From contig NW_005434565.1 of assembly GCF_000315625.1 (NCBI RefSeq), forward strand, positions 24,499 to 88,498: a stretch of 64,000 nucleotides of DNA, written 5' to 3'. How positions within the stretch are numbered: position 1 is the stretch's first letter; the number at the start of each line of letters is the position of its first letter. This DNA comes from Guillardia theta CCMP2712. Lineage: Eukaryota > Protista > Cryptophyta. This document shows, piece by piece, positions 52,566 to 64,000 of this stretch. The notes beneath the pieces were generated by a model. The model was not told the origin of the DNA. It searched no databases and saw nothing but the letters and a program-made list of their open reading frames with translations. The position numbers were made by a program, and so were the translations under genes.

Positions 52566-53329
52566 AGCAACCGCCGCCGGGGCCCGGGGCCGGACCCGGG
52601 CCGCTTGGGAATGAGATGGGATGAGGTTCCTGTCTGTCTACAGCAACGATGCTGCTTCGGGTGGGGTACTTAGAAAAGGACTTTTGGGGGTGGGGGACTT
52701 TTGGGGGTGGGCTTTCCTAGCCTATAACAACCGGGGTAAGGAGAGGAAAGGGTGGGGTACTTTGAAGGTAAAAGGAGGGGTGGGGTTGATCAAACATGAC
52801 GGGTGGTGGCACAGTACATCAGGAGGGGTGATCACGTCGCACATAGAGTAATGGCGGACAAGGTAAGCGACGAAGACGGAAGAGGAAGGCATGGCGTGGG
52901 GGGAGGTGATCAGAAGAGCATGACATCTCAATGAGATGCCAAAAGTAAACCAGAAGATGTTTGGGGGCAGGAGAACGTGCGTAAGATATGACTGCGTAGG
53001 AGAACTCAACAAGGAATCGAGAACAAAAAGGTTTATGAGGAAGTGGTTGGGAGCACTAATCTAGCTCATGTTGAGAACCATCAGTCAATGTTGTGTTTAT
53101 CTTTGCATCAATCGAACATTATCATGGCTTTGAATCATCAAAATGTGTAAACTCTCTCCCCATAGAATTGGGAACAGGGTTCTCGAATGTAGAGACCACA
53201 ATCTTCTACAAAAAGTGGTACGAGTAGAAGGGATAGGAATGCTTAGTTGTAATCACTGCTTAGTACTTTTTGATAGAATCAAGAATTTCCGACTTTTGAT
53301 TTCTGCCATCTTATCGCTTGATGTTGATC

Positions 53330-54891
53330 ATGTCTACTGGTTTGATTTCAATGGATTTGGTGACGACCAAGGACGAGTGAAACGATTCCTTGATTAAGAA
53401 TCCTTCGCCGTGATTTCCTTTCCTCTTTCACCACCACCATATCTGCTTGCATTTGTACTTGCTGCTGCTGCAACTTCTCCTGACGAATGTCACTGACTTG
53501 GATCAACAGCTTGCTGGATTACTTGACCAGGTTCAGTATTCGAATAAGTCTCGCCTGCTCGATGATTGTTTGCAATTGAGCGATATGAAGAGTCTTTCGC
53601 CAAAAATTGACATGCTGGGTAAGAAAATGTGAACCATGGTGTTAGAATTCTCACCATCTCTAAACAGTGAAGAACGATGGCTCCGAAAACCAACTCATTT
53701 GTCTGGATGGGACAATTCCTATGTTCTACAATCAGAAGAAGTATAACTGTCCGGTGAGGATCTGGTTCTGCCTGGACTATCCCAAGAGTCCACCGATCTG
53801 CTACGTCACTCCGACACGCGACATGGGCATCAAGCCTCGCCATGTCCACGTGGACAGTGCAGGGTTCATATACCATCAATACCTCACCCAGTGGAGCGAC
53901 TCATCTTCCGTGAAGGAGCTCGTCGCCACCTTGAAAAACGTCTTCAGTCGGGAGCCTCCAGTATATGCCAAGAGCTCGAGCTCAGCAGGAGCTCGACTCA
54001 CTTCGTCCACGAGCAACGGCTCTCAAGCTCAGCCTCCTGTTCGCCCTATCCCGCCGAACCCGGTGGCAAATCCTCCCATGGAGCATCTTGTGGCCTCGCA
54101 GCCCAACGAGCGAGTTCACGATGATTCTTATTTCGGTCCTATGCCCCGACATTCTTCGATGCCTCCTGTTGTGTCCTCCGAACCGTCGAGGCCACACCCT
54201 GAGGAGCAAGCAGCTGTTAATCGACAATCCACGGAGGAGGAGTCAAGATTAACTTTTGTTGCGATGACATTCAGCAAGATAGAGGTGATTGCGTGTTGTT
54301 AATCCAGTTTCGGGATGATGATTGCTGTTTGTCACAATTCAGGACAAGTATGACCGATTTCGACGCGAAAACGATTCAGAGTTTGATGCTTATCAGCTCA
54401 AGCAGAAAGATATGGATATAACATTTCAAAAACTTCACGACTACAAAATTCGCTTGACGCAAGAAAGAGATCGTTTATTCAAGATGCTCGAAGAGTAAGT
54501 TGCATTATCATCATCGGCTTCAATTTATTGATATCTGCTGCAGGTTGGATGCGGCTGAGCAAACCATCGAGAGAGTTCAGGAAGATTTGCAAAGTTCTTC
54601 GCAGGAGCCTGTGGAAAACACTTTGAAGTGCCACGATACCATGGCCGATCAACTTCTACAAGCTGTCTGCCATGACAAGGCGATCGAAGATACTTTGTAT
54701 GAGGTGAGTTGATGTCTGCTGTCCCGTAATGGCCTGACTCATGTGCTAAGCTCGATAAGGCGTTGGATGACTCCAAGATCGAAACGCACACATATCTCAA
54801 GATCGTTCACAAGCTTTCGCGGGAGCAGTTCTTTCAGAAGGAGCTCATCAACAAGATTCTTGCTCGCAGGAAGCAACTAGGCGTCTACTAA
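53330..54891 (+). CDS. TSG101: TSG101/Vps23, ESCRT-I subunit, multi-exon; start approximate
   Basis: UEV domain LICLDGTIPMFYNQKKYNCPVRIWFCLDYPKSPPICYVTPTRDMGIK..HVDSAGFIY..YLTQW; Pro-rich linker; coiled coil; steadiness box AIEDTLYELDKAL...YLKIVHKLSREQFF. Confidence 0.93.
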
Positions 54892-56346
54892 TCTTTGATT
54901 GATTCTTTTCCCTGCAACAAAACCTACTCACAGTGAGTTGGAGACATTGACATGACATCATGGCTGTTCAACCTGTCCAAGTCATCGACCAACATGATCA
55001 TCACTGACATGAAATCAATGGATATATCGCTGATTTCCCTTTCCCTCTTCCATCATCAGAACGGCTGCAGCTGAAGAATGAAGCAGAAATAAAGAGAGGG
55101 AGAAAGAGATTAGTAGGTGTGCAGGTCAAATAGAATTGGCGTAAGCAGGAATGCGTCATTGACCTACATTTAGAAAGCAAAAAATCATAAAAAATTCAGC
55201 CATACCAACTTGATTGGCTTTACTTCAACAACAGGCCATGAGACGTTATTAGAAAACTGCCGAGGGAGAAAGCACCAAGTAGAACAGAAAAATTGGACTG
55301 CTGTTCATTCCAGCCGGCTTTATTCTGTTCTCACTTTCCGTGCCCAGCTTCTTGTCACCATTTTGCTCATGGTTTCCATCCCAGGCTTGCTCCCAACCAC
55401 AATAAGTCTAAGCCAAGAGCGCCATGGAGTGGCAAAACAAAGTGAGCCGCCATGTTGCATATTGTCCGCGGAATGCGATGGGGGATACCAGCAACACCAG
55501 GCCTAGAGTCTCCACCTTGAATTCCATGAAACCATTCCTCCCAACCCCAAAGACAAGAAGTCATCGGAAGGGAAATACCTTGCTCCCTCCACCCCTTGGA
55601 GCCGAGAATCGAGGCACCCCTCCCCTCTCCCTCTCATGAGGGAGGAACTTACTTGGAAGGGGCAGGAGGCAGCTCTCTCTTCTTGATAAAGAGACCTGCT
55701 CCTGCAGCGGTGATCAGGACGGCGATCTTTGCGCCCATGCGACCCAACTCGAGCATGTTGGATGAACTCATGGCGGCGGGTGCGAGGATGCTGATGGATT
55801 CAGATGGGGTAGGGTGATGACATGGGGGTGGAATTGTGGAATCGAGGGGGTGATGGATGATTTTGAGTAGGTGGGGGTGTAGCCTTTGAAATTGAGAATA
55901 TCCAATGGAGGGGTTGAAGACAGATAATTGCATGGTGGGGGTACTCAGATATGGGGACATAAGTATCATGGGTGGGGGTACACAAATACCTTTTGATGGA
56001 GGTACATCAGTGGTCATGTGGGGGTGGTGAAGGGGGTATACGGGGGTATTGAGGGTGGGGTTCTGTATTTCTCTCGATTATCTCTGCGAGAGGGGGTATA
56101 AACGCCCTTCAATATGATGGTAGGGGGTCCATGTGACAGGTTGGATCCTCGTGGTGAAGGTGGGGTGGGTGGTAGGGGTAGGGGGAAGAGGCGTAAGAGA
56201 CGAAAAGGTGAGAGGATGAGCGGGCTGAGTGGGGATGCGGGTAAAGAGTATGAGGGGGATGAGAAGGATCAGCATGAGGGTCCCATGAGACTCATCGATC
56301 GCAGAAGCGACATGCTGAGGTAGCAGCAGCTGCGACTCCTCGCCCA

Positions 56347-56603
56347 CTCCCCTGCCACATCCCTGCTCCCTTACTCCTCCTCCTCGCCCTCTCCCCTGCC
56401 ACATCCCTGCTCCCTTTATCATCCTCCTCGTTCCTCTCCCCTGCCACATCCCTGCTCCGTTTCTCCTCCTCCTCGTTCCTCTCCCCTGCCACATCTCTGC
56501 TCCGTTTCTCCTCCTCCTCGCCCTCTCCCCTGCCACATCTCTGCTCCGTTTCTCCTCCTCCTCGTTCCTCTCCCCTGTCACATCTCTGCTCCCTTTATCC
56601 TCC
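56347..56603 (+). repeat. Minisatellite, ~6 copies of a 44-45 bp unit
   Basis: Unit CTCCCCTGCCACATC(C/T)CTGCTCC(G/C)TTTCTCCTCCTCCTCG(TT/C)CCT repeated in tandem about 100 bp upstream of the ATG at 56699. Confidence 0.9.
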
Positions 56604-56698
56604 TGTCTCTTCTCCTTTTCTCCATCGTTCATCTTTCGTTGCATCCCCTGTCAGCTCATTTTGCGCTACGCTGCAGGGTCAGGCGCTGCAGGGTCGGG

Positions 56699-57773
56699 AT
56701 GTACAAATACAGTCTATTTTTTGTCTTTGTCCTGTTTTTCACCATCCTCAAGGCCCAAACTTCTTCTCTTGATGCTCCACTTCACTTTCGCTCGAATTCA
56801 CCCCCTCGGAACCTTCATCGGAACCTTCCACACCCTGTCGAACCCCGCTGGTTGAGACTGCGAGGAGGGTTTGAAGACATCGAAGATGTAGGGATGGGGC
56901 ATATGAATCCAGGTTGCTCTCGATGTCGTAGCTCACCGTGTCTCCATCCTGAATTGCTCATGTCATCAGGGCATCTCAAGCAGCCTCCGCCTGGGCTTGA
57001 CGATGAGGACGACGATGAGGCTGAGATGCTATCAGAAAGTGAGGCTCTCGCGCAGATAAGGTGGGGATGGGACGAGACCTTGTCGTCAACAGGATCTGAG
57101 AGATATTTGCAGGGATGCAAACGAGGAGGAGAAGGATCTGGGGAATGAGGTGGACCCTTCGGACGAACTCGAGCCTCAAACCCGGTGATAGCTGAATGAG
57201 ACAATGGGACGAATTTGATACTCCTCGCTCAGCACCGTAGAGAGATATCGAAATTCCACAAACGAGTATGAAGGTGGATGTTTGTGAGGCTGACAGGTCA
57301 GAGGGTCTTAATGATATCCAGAAGTTCAAGTGCCGGTCAAGCCCAAGAGGGGGATCTGGACTTGCACGCCACAGGTGCTCGATTTTCCCATTATGTTAAT
57401 GATGTTTTGTCGATTTTCTAGTGTTTTACAATCTGTTTCAACTTGTGAATGACATTTGTTAGCTTGCAAGCTTCACATTCCCCAACCCCCTCATTCGTTC
57501 TTGCTGCCCCTCTTTCACTCTTCCCTCTGCTTCTTGTGTTTTTCATCTGAACTGACATGCAGGAACTTCAACAGCTTGACCCTCAAACCTACGAATGTGT
57601 TGAATCTCTCTTGGGGAAACCAAACGACATCGACAATGAAATCGATGAATATCACTTGACAGATGTTTTTGAAGAGGTGAGAACGAATATTTCGAACTAA
57701 TCCTCCTCCTCCTCCTCCTCCTCCTCATCATCATCATCATCATCATCAGCATTATCATCATCCCCATCCTCCG

Positions 57774-57818
<45 letters not shown>

Positions 57819-60800
57819 TACCACCACCATCACCACCATAACTACTTCGTCTTCTTCTTTTCTCCTGCTTTGCGGTATCCAACCCCGTGTTCTCAATCGC
57901 TACTTCCGTCATGTTTACCACCAGCCTGCTGATTATTTGCAGGCAAGAATTCATCAGCTCGAGCTGCAGAAGCTGCAGGAGTCTGACCCCAACTTCTACG
58001 AGTACCTTCAAAAAGATGACCGTGGCAAAGTAAGCGGCCGTTAACGACAAATCGCCAAGATGATAACTGATCTTCCTGCACGTCCTCCTCCTCCTCCTCC
58101 TCCTGTTGATGGTGACCGCCGAATTTGTTTGATCTTATTTTATCGGTAGAGTCTCCTCCGGTTCGGTCTTTCCTTGGACAGCACCAGTGATCTCAAGATC
58201 ATTCAGAGGTGTCACTTGATGTTCTTCTGTGCTGCTGCTGCGATGCAAGGAGGATCCTGCGGGTTGTGCGTTCTGCTGTAGATGAGCAGGTGTAGCGTCA
58301 TTGATGTGATTCGTTGGTGGAGACTAGGAAAGAGGGGTAGATCTAAGGAGAGGAGGAAGAGGAAAGGATTAGAGCAGAGAGGAAGGAGGGAGAGGACGGA
58401 GAGTAGAGAGGAGGGAGGGAGAGGAGGAGGAGAGTAGAGAGGAGAGAGGGAGAGGAGGAGGGAGAGTAGAGAGGAGGATGAAGAAGAAGAGAGGGAAGTT
58501 GAGGGGAGAGGGGAACTATCTCTTTCTTGTCTCTTTCGTCGATTCCGAATTATGATTCTTACTCTTTCTCTAGATACGCCCAGCCAAATTTCTCGGTTCC
58601 AAGGTATCTTGATTCCTTGTGTTGTTCGTAAGAAATTGAAATGTCTGCTATACGATTGAATGCTGTTGACGTACTCTCTTGAATGTTTCTGATGACTGGT
58701 GAAGCTGGTTTCTATAGACGGGATTGGCGCTGTCTCGATCACTCCCTGACCTAGTTCTTGCAGTGATTATGACAACTTGATCGAGGCCATCGATTCAATG
58801 AAATCTTCGCAATCATTGAGAATCAGTGGTGAGACAACTGTGCATGCATCATCCTTTTACTTTGAAACGACTCGCTCCCGATGTAATGGACTCATCGCAT
58901 CTCAACTGATCTCATCTCGCGGCTTCAAACCTTGCTCTTCGTCTTGACTTGTTGCGTCACTTATCGTCTCTCTTTGTAGAGAATTCATCGTGGGAAGGGC
59001 CGATGCTGGTGGAGAAGGACGATGTCATGATCAGCTGCAACAGAGACGTCGAGCTCCACGGGTAATCTTGCTTCACCATCGTTCTCGCTTTCTCATCTTT
59101 GCACCTTTGTCCAGGAGGTGGAACCTAGTTGAGCACTCGTCTGGCGTGTTTGCGACTGGTGAGAGATGTTGAATGTTGGTTGTATCAAATGATGGTGTTG
59201 ATATGTTGTTTACTCGTTGTGCAATGAGATGTCTGTATTAAGCAGAACTCATTTCTGTTGTTTTAGTTATCTGCAAACACAAGACAGACATATCGTCCAG
59301 TTCCACCTTTGAGGTTCGACTTGCCGAGGCTATGGTTGAGAATCGTCGAGATTCACGATCTTCCAGATTCATGGAGAAAAGTGGTTCTTCAAGGCCTGTG
59401 CGGTCAGGTATGAACGTTTGCTGTCGTTCCAGTGCGTTGGAACTTAAAACCTTGAAAAAGATGTGGAGGAGGCAGAGCAGCTATCACTTGCACGAATGGT
59501 AAGAAGACTTGGTGATGATTGAACGAAGATTGGTTGTTGAGAAGAGAGTTTGGAACGAAAGATTGTCTGTGAAACAAGATTCGACTGTCCTCTGAGCATG
59601 ACTTGTCTTACTTCTGCCTTAGGAGCCAAACTATCACTTCAAGGATGCAAGGTGAAGACCTCAAAGGAGGAGAAGGGAGATGCTAAAGTTTTGACAGGTT
59701 GGAGGAGAAAATGATAAAACTCGCCCAACGATCGGATTGAACTGCATCGGAAGAAGTTTGTGTGACATACAGTATTGTAAGCCATTGCGATTGTTTCCCT
59801 CCTTCCCCTCCTCCCCTTCCTCCTCCCCTTCCTCATCGCACTCCTTCTTCCTCCCCTCCTTCTTCCTATCTCCAATGTTGACCTGAAATGCCTTTCAGGT
59901 TCCTTCGAATACTGTGGAATTCCAGGCAGCGAGTCTGATTCTGTGAGTAACATAGCCACTTCAGCCGATGATGATATTGGAGTTGATCATGGACAAGATG
60001 ATTAGTGGTGGTGGTGGTGGTGGTGGTGGTGGTGGAGGAGGAGGAGGAGGAGGAGGAGGTGGTGGTGGTGGTGGTGGTGGAGGAGGAGGAGGAGGAGGAG
60101 GAGGAGGAGGGAGATATCAATGGATCTTGGTACTTCTGTTGTGTCATGGTCTCCATCATCTTCTTTCTTCCTTTCTCATCCTCTTCCCTCAGGTCGAGCG
60201 CGAGCATCGATGTGGTGGGATAGTCATGAGCGGAGATTGTCAATTAGAGTGCAAGAAGACGAACATGAAGAGGAATCTCATTGGAGTCTACTTGTGCGAC
60301 AAGAACGTTGTCAAGGCGTCCTTCTCAAGATGCATGTTCATCAAGAATGACAAGTGTCTGTACTGGCAGAAGGTAAAACATCCTCCCCTCCCTCTACCCC
60401 CTTTCCCACCCTGTCCCTTCCCTCCTCCCTCGGCCTGAGGCTGGTGGCCCTCTTGCTGGATCGCTTATCATGTGCGGCAGGTGGGGAAGAGACCCTGTAT
60501 TCATGATCAACGAGGACGATCCGATCTTGGTGAGACCCTCCCTGCTCTCCCTGGCTGCTCTCTCTGGTAGTGGCGTGATTGCCCTCGCTCACTCTCTCTC
60601 AGCCTGACGAGCGTATCCTGGCTCAACACTGGCTCGGTGTGCTGCACCGGGACGGGGGCGAAGGACCCGAAGCTCAAGACTTCTGGGCAGGTTTGTGGGG
60701 TCACGTTGAGCATGAGAGGAGCTGACGCGAGGACGCAGCGACTGCCAGTCTGGTGCAGGGAGGGAAGACGACGCAGGCAGGCGTGAAGATGCGGGCGGGA

Positions 60801-60835
60801 TAGGAGGGCGTGTGGCAGCCAGCGGTCTGGTGTAA
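56699..60835 (+). CDS. Signal peptide plus LRLRGG presequence protein with a Noc2-like peptide and C-terminal right-handed beta-helix-like repeats; multi-exon
   Basis: MYKYSLFFVFVLFFTILKAQ hydrophobic signal; basic, Pro-rich spacer ending LRLRGG (56852-56869); acidic segment; HQLELQKLQESDPNFYEYLQKDD; late exons GIVMSGDCQLECKKTNMKRNLIGVYLCDKNVVKASFSRCMFIKN have parallel beta-helix periodicity. Confidence 0.6.
57698..57835 (+). repeat. Compound (TCC)n-(ATC)n-(ACC)n microsatellite in an intron
   Basis: Direct reading. Similar tracts at 37670-37745, 38100-38168, 44300-44437, 46340-46436, 60005-60110, 63567-63610 and 63822-63900. Confidence 0.9.
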
Positions 60836-60880
60836 CAAGATGTGCAATAATGGCAGGAGGCTGGGTGTGTCTTGGATGGA

Positions 60881-60980
60881 NNNNNNNNNNNNNNNNNNNN
60901 NNNNNNNNNNNNNNNNNNNNNNNNNNNNNNNNNNNNNNNNNNNNNNNNNNNNNNNNNNNNNNNNNNNNNNNNNNNNNNNN
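60881..60980. other. Assembly gap (100 N)
   Basis: Run of N next to a poly-G tract. Confidence 1.
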
Positions 60981-61424
60981 GGGGGGGGGAGGACCAACAC
61001 TGAAGGAGGCGAGATGGAGGGAGGAAGGAGGGGCGGAGAAGGAGAGGCGAGGGGAGCGATAGAGTGTGAAGTACTGATGCAAGAGCAGGAGGGAGGAAAC
61101 CTCAATCAGCAGTGGAGAAAGGCAATCGAATCATGGGGGAGGAAACAGACATGGCAGACTGAAGCAGAGGTGCGGGAGGGGAAGGAGGAGGAGGAGGTTG
61201 TGGTGGGGGGGGGGGACGAGGAGGGGGAGGGGGGGGAGGAGATTGACATCTGTGTGTTCGCATCTTTTATTATGGACATGTCATGAGTGAATTTACAAAG
61301 GCTGCTGACGCTGTCGGGGTATAGCTGGACGAGGCAAGAGGAGAGTGTGATGGAAATCAGCTGGATGAGAAGGGGGCAGGGGTGGGGATTGTAGGGGGCA
61401 TGGGAGAAGTTTGCGGCAGGTTGA

Positions 61425-64000
61425 TCACGAGCCGTTGGTGTGAGGAGACTTGGTGGGGGTGAAGTCGCTGCATGAAAAGTAGTAAGAGGGGATGAGGAAT
61501 AGGTGAGGAGAAGGAGGAGGAGGAGGAGGAGGAGGAGGAGGAGGAGGAGAAGTTACCCGTTCTCTATGTGAACTGCCTTGAGCATGTCCATCTCAACGAG
61601 TTTGAGCCGGTCGCCATTTCGAGCCCAGCGATCCCAGGAGTCTGTTTTAGAAACTGCAAGCAAGTCAGCTGAGGAGGAGGAGGAGAAGCAGCAGCAGCAG
61701 GAAATGGGAACACTATAGGGGCGAGGAACGAGTTTCACCTCCGTTTTCGTGTCGCTTCTCCTCATGCACAGTATCCTCCTGCTCCAGGATCATCAAACGT
61801 CTCCTCCTCCTCCTCCTCCTCCTCCTCCTCATCGCACCCCTTCCTCATGCGCTCTCTTGGCTGAGATGGTGAAGACGCCTGCCCCCGCGAGAACCAGCCC
61901 TGCATGCCCGTCACACCCTTCCTCCCTCTCTCCCGCCATCGCTCCCTCCTTGTATCCTCACCGAGGAAGAAGAGGGAAAGCTGACGGACTGTGAGGCCCT
62001 CGAACTCTTTGTAGACGACGGCAGCACCGATGATACAGGCTGAGGCAGCGAATGAGCCGAATGAGCCGTGTTGGATGAGGAGGAGGGGAGAGGAGGGGGG
62101 ATGAGGAGGAGGAGGAGGAGGGGAGAGGAGGAGGAGGGAGTAACCTAGTGTGAAGGTGGCATAGTAGGTTGGAATGACTTTGTTGTTGTCATGGTATCTC
62201 ATCGCTTGCTGTAGATAATGCAGAGAGATCACAGCACACGCCACCTGACCCAACCCTGTCAGATCCTGCTCTCGCTCTCGCTCCCGCTCCCGCTGCTCCC
62301 GCTCCTGCTCCTGCTACTTATCCCCCTCCTATTCCTAATCCTCCTGCTTCTGCTCCTGCTCCTCCTGATCTTCTTTTCTTCCTCCTCCTCCTCTCCTGAT
62401 CCTGATCCTGATCCCCCCAGCTCCTCTTACTCTTCCTCCTTCCATCCCTCGTCTTACCACTACGAGCAGCGTGAACCAGGCGAAAAGACCCTCCGGCATT
62501 CTTGTGAGCTGAACAAGATCAGTCAGTTGACCTCAATTACGGGGGGAAAGAGAAGAAACAGAGGGGCGGGAGAGGAGAGGAGAGGAGAGGAGAGGAGAGG
62601 AGAGGAGAACGTTGAGGAGGAACAGCACGGGAGACTAGGAGGAAAGGAGGGGGTAGCGAGAAGATGGCGGGAGGAGGAGGAGACGGAAAAAGGGCGAGGG
62701 AGGGAGGGAGGGAGGGAGGGGGAGGAGACCTGGTTGTCTCCCTTTTCTACTGTCCGACGGAAAAATGCCATGAAGGACTTGCAGCCAAGAACCGTCCAAG
62801 AGGCGATGAGCGAGCAGAGACTGAAAGCACGTGAGACTTTTGAAGTGTCGGAAACTCGGAGAGGGAGGAAGATAGAAGGTGAGAGCAAGAGTAGGAAGAG
62901 AGAAACAAGAACAAGACAAGTAAAGATGAGCAGGCAGGAGGCAGGAGGGAGGGAGGGGGGAGGAGGGAGGAAGGCGGAGGGATTGGGTTTCAGTTGCTCA
63001 CCTTGTGTAAAAAATGACATATGCCTTGCCATGCGTCTCGCAGATAAAGAGGAGGAAGACTGTGATGCTGCAGATGCTGATGCAATATATGATCGACTGC
63101 AACCTCCTGTCAGCACCTCCCCCTCCCCGTCCTGCCCCTGCTCGTCCTTCCCCTCCTCGTCCTCGCTCCCTCCTCGTCCTCCCCCTCCCCGTCCTCCCCC
63201 TCCCCGTCCTCCCCCTCCCCGTCCTCCCCCTACCCGTCCTCCCCATCATCGTCCTCCCCCTCCCCGTCCTCGCTCCCTCTCCTCCTACAGGATGATCCTC
63301 CTGATCCACTCCTCCTTCAAGCTCTCTCACTTCGCTCATCCTCACCTGGGTAGAGCCGAAGTATTCAGTCAGCGCTTCCTCGATGGTGGGCTCGATCACT
63401 GCCTCGTTGCCTTTGCTGTAGACGATGAGCACGACTCCCGCTATGATGAGGCTTACTCCTGCTCCATGACTCAGCCAGAGGATACAGCGGGACTATGGAC
63501 AGACGACATGGCACAAGGGCAGGAGGAAGGTAAGGTGGTAGCGATAATGGAGTGAGTGAAGGACTGAGGAGGAGGAGGAGGAGGAGGAGGAGGAGGAGGA
63601 GGAGGAGGAGCAAGGAGAGGCAGGAGGAGCAAGGAAGGGTAGTGGAGGTACGCACCTAGGGCATGAATCTTTAGAAACTTTTCTTTCAGGATGAAGGTCG
63701 CGATGATTGCACTGCACACGACGCCGACAGCTCCTGTTCACTTCCGTGAGAAGACTTGCGATGAAGAAGCAAATCTTGACACATGCAAGTAGGGGAGGAG
63801 TGGGGTTGAAAGAAAGAAAGGAAGGAGGAGGAGGAGGAGGAGAAGGAGGAGGAGGAGGAGAAGGAGGAGGAGGAGGAGGAGGAGGAGGAGGAGGAGGAGG
63901 CCTCTACCAATGGGTGTCACTACTGTTGCTTCTGCGTATCCGTATGCGATGAGATTTCCAACCTCACCTGCTCATGGTCATGATGAACGTAGAGAGGGAC
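61425..64000 (-). CDS. NIPA: NIPA-family Mg2+ transporter (DMT superfamily), 5' part beyond window end
   Basis: LGAVGVVCSAIIATFILKEKF, LCSLIASWTVLGCKSF, LHYLQQAMRYHDNNKVIPTYYATFT and IIGAAVVYKEF match the NIPA signature (YLNKAL..F....V.P.YY..FT...I.G.I.FKE). Confidence 0.88.
63172..63272 (+). repeat. 15-bp tandem repeat (CCTCCCCCTCCCCGT)n in a NIPA intron
   Basis: About six tandem copies visible. Confidence 0.85.

Noticed and set aside
19837-54891. Functional cluster of endosomal/ubiquitin genes (Vps10, USP, TSG101)
   Set aside because: Separated by unrelated genes; chance co-location in a gene-dense eukaryotic scaffold.
56347-56603. Possible CRISPR array
   Set aside because: Units are contiguous tandem copies without unique spacers, the context is eukaryotic, and there are no cas genes.
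62218-63555. 445-aa plus-strand ORF
   Set aside because: Open only because of low-complexity intron repeats antisense to the NIPA gene.

Overview
Eukaryotic nuclear DNA with dense, intron-rich genes (mostly 40-60 nt spliceosomal introns, some swollen by (GGA)n/(CAT)n microsatellites) and three 100-N assembly gaps. The style resembles a cryptophyte such as Guillardia theta (inference, not verified). About 12 protein genes are visible, mostly in alternating orientation: (1) a >17 kb secreted repeat protein running off the window start, (2) a fucosyltransferase, (3) a Vps10/sortilin receptor, (4) a glutamate 5-kinase with a PUA-like domain, (5) an eIF4B-like RRM protein, (6) a USP-family deubiquitinase, (7) a kinesin-8-like motor, (8) a CHCHD2/Mic17-like protein, (9) a cNMP-binding plus degenerate DH-PH protein, (10) an unknown coiled-coil protein, (11) TSG101/Vps23 and (12) a signal peptide-LRLRGG beta-helix protein. 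A NIPA Mg2+ transporter runs off the window end. A young non-autonomous LTR element (325-bp LTRs, half-tRNA-Met PBS, PPT) and a probable solo LTR sit in a CCGG-rich island. The most interesting items are the ubiquitin-tail-like LRLRGG presequence, the putative cyclic-nucleotide-regulated RhoGEF-like architecture, the LTRs with non-canonical GATGG...CCGTC ends, the phage-like GxGY repeats inside the giant protein, and the recurrent GGGTA/TACCC islands in intergenic gaps. Exon boundaries were read by eye and are approximate unless stated.
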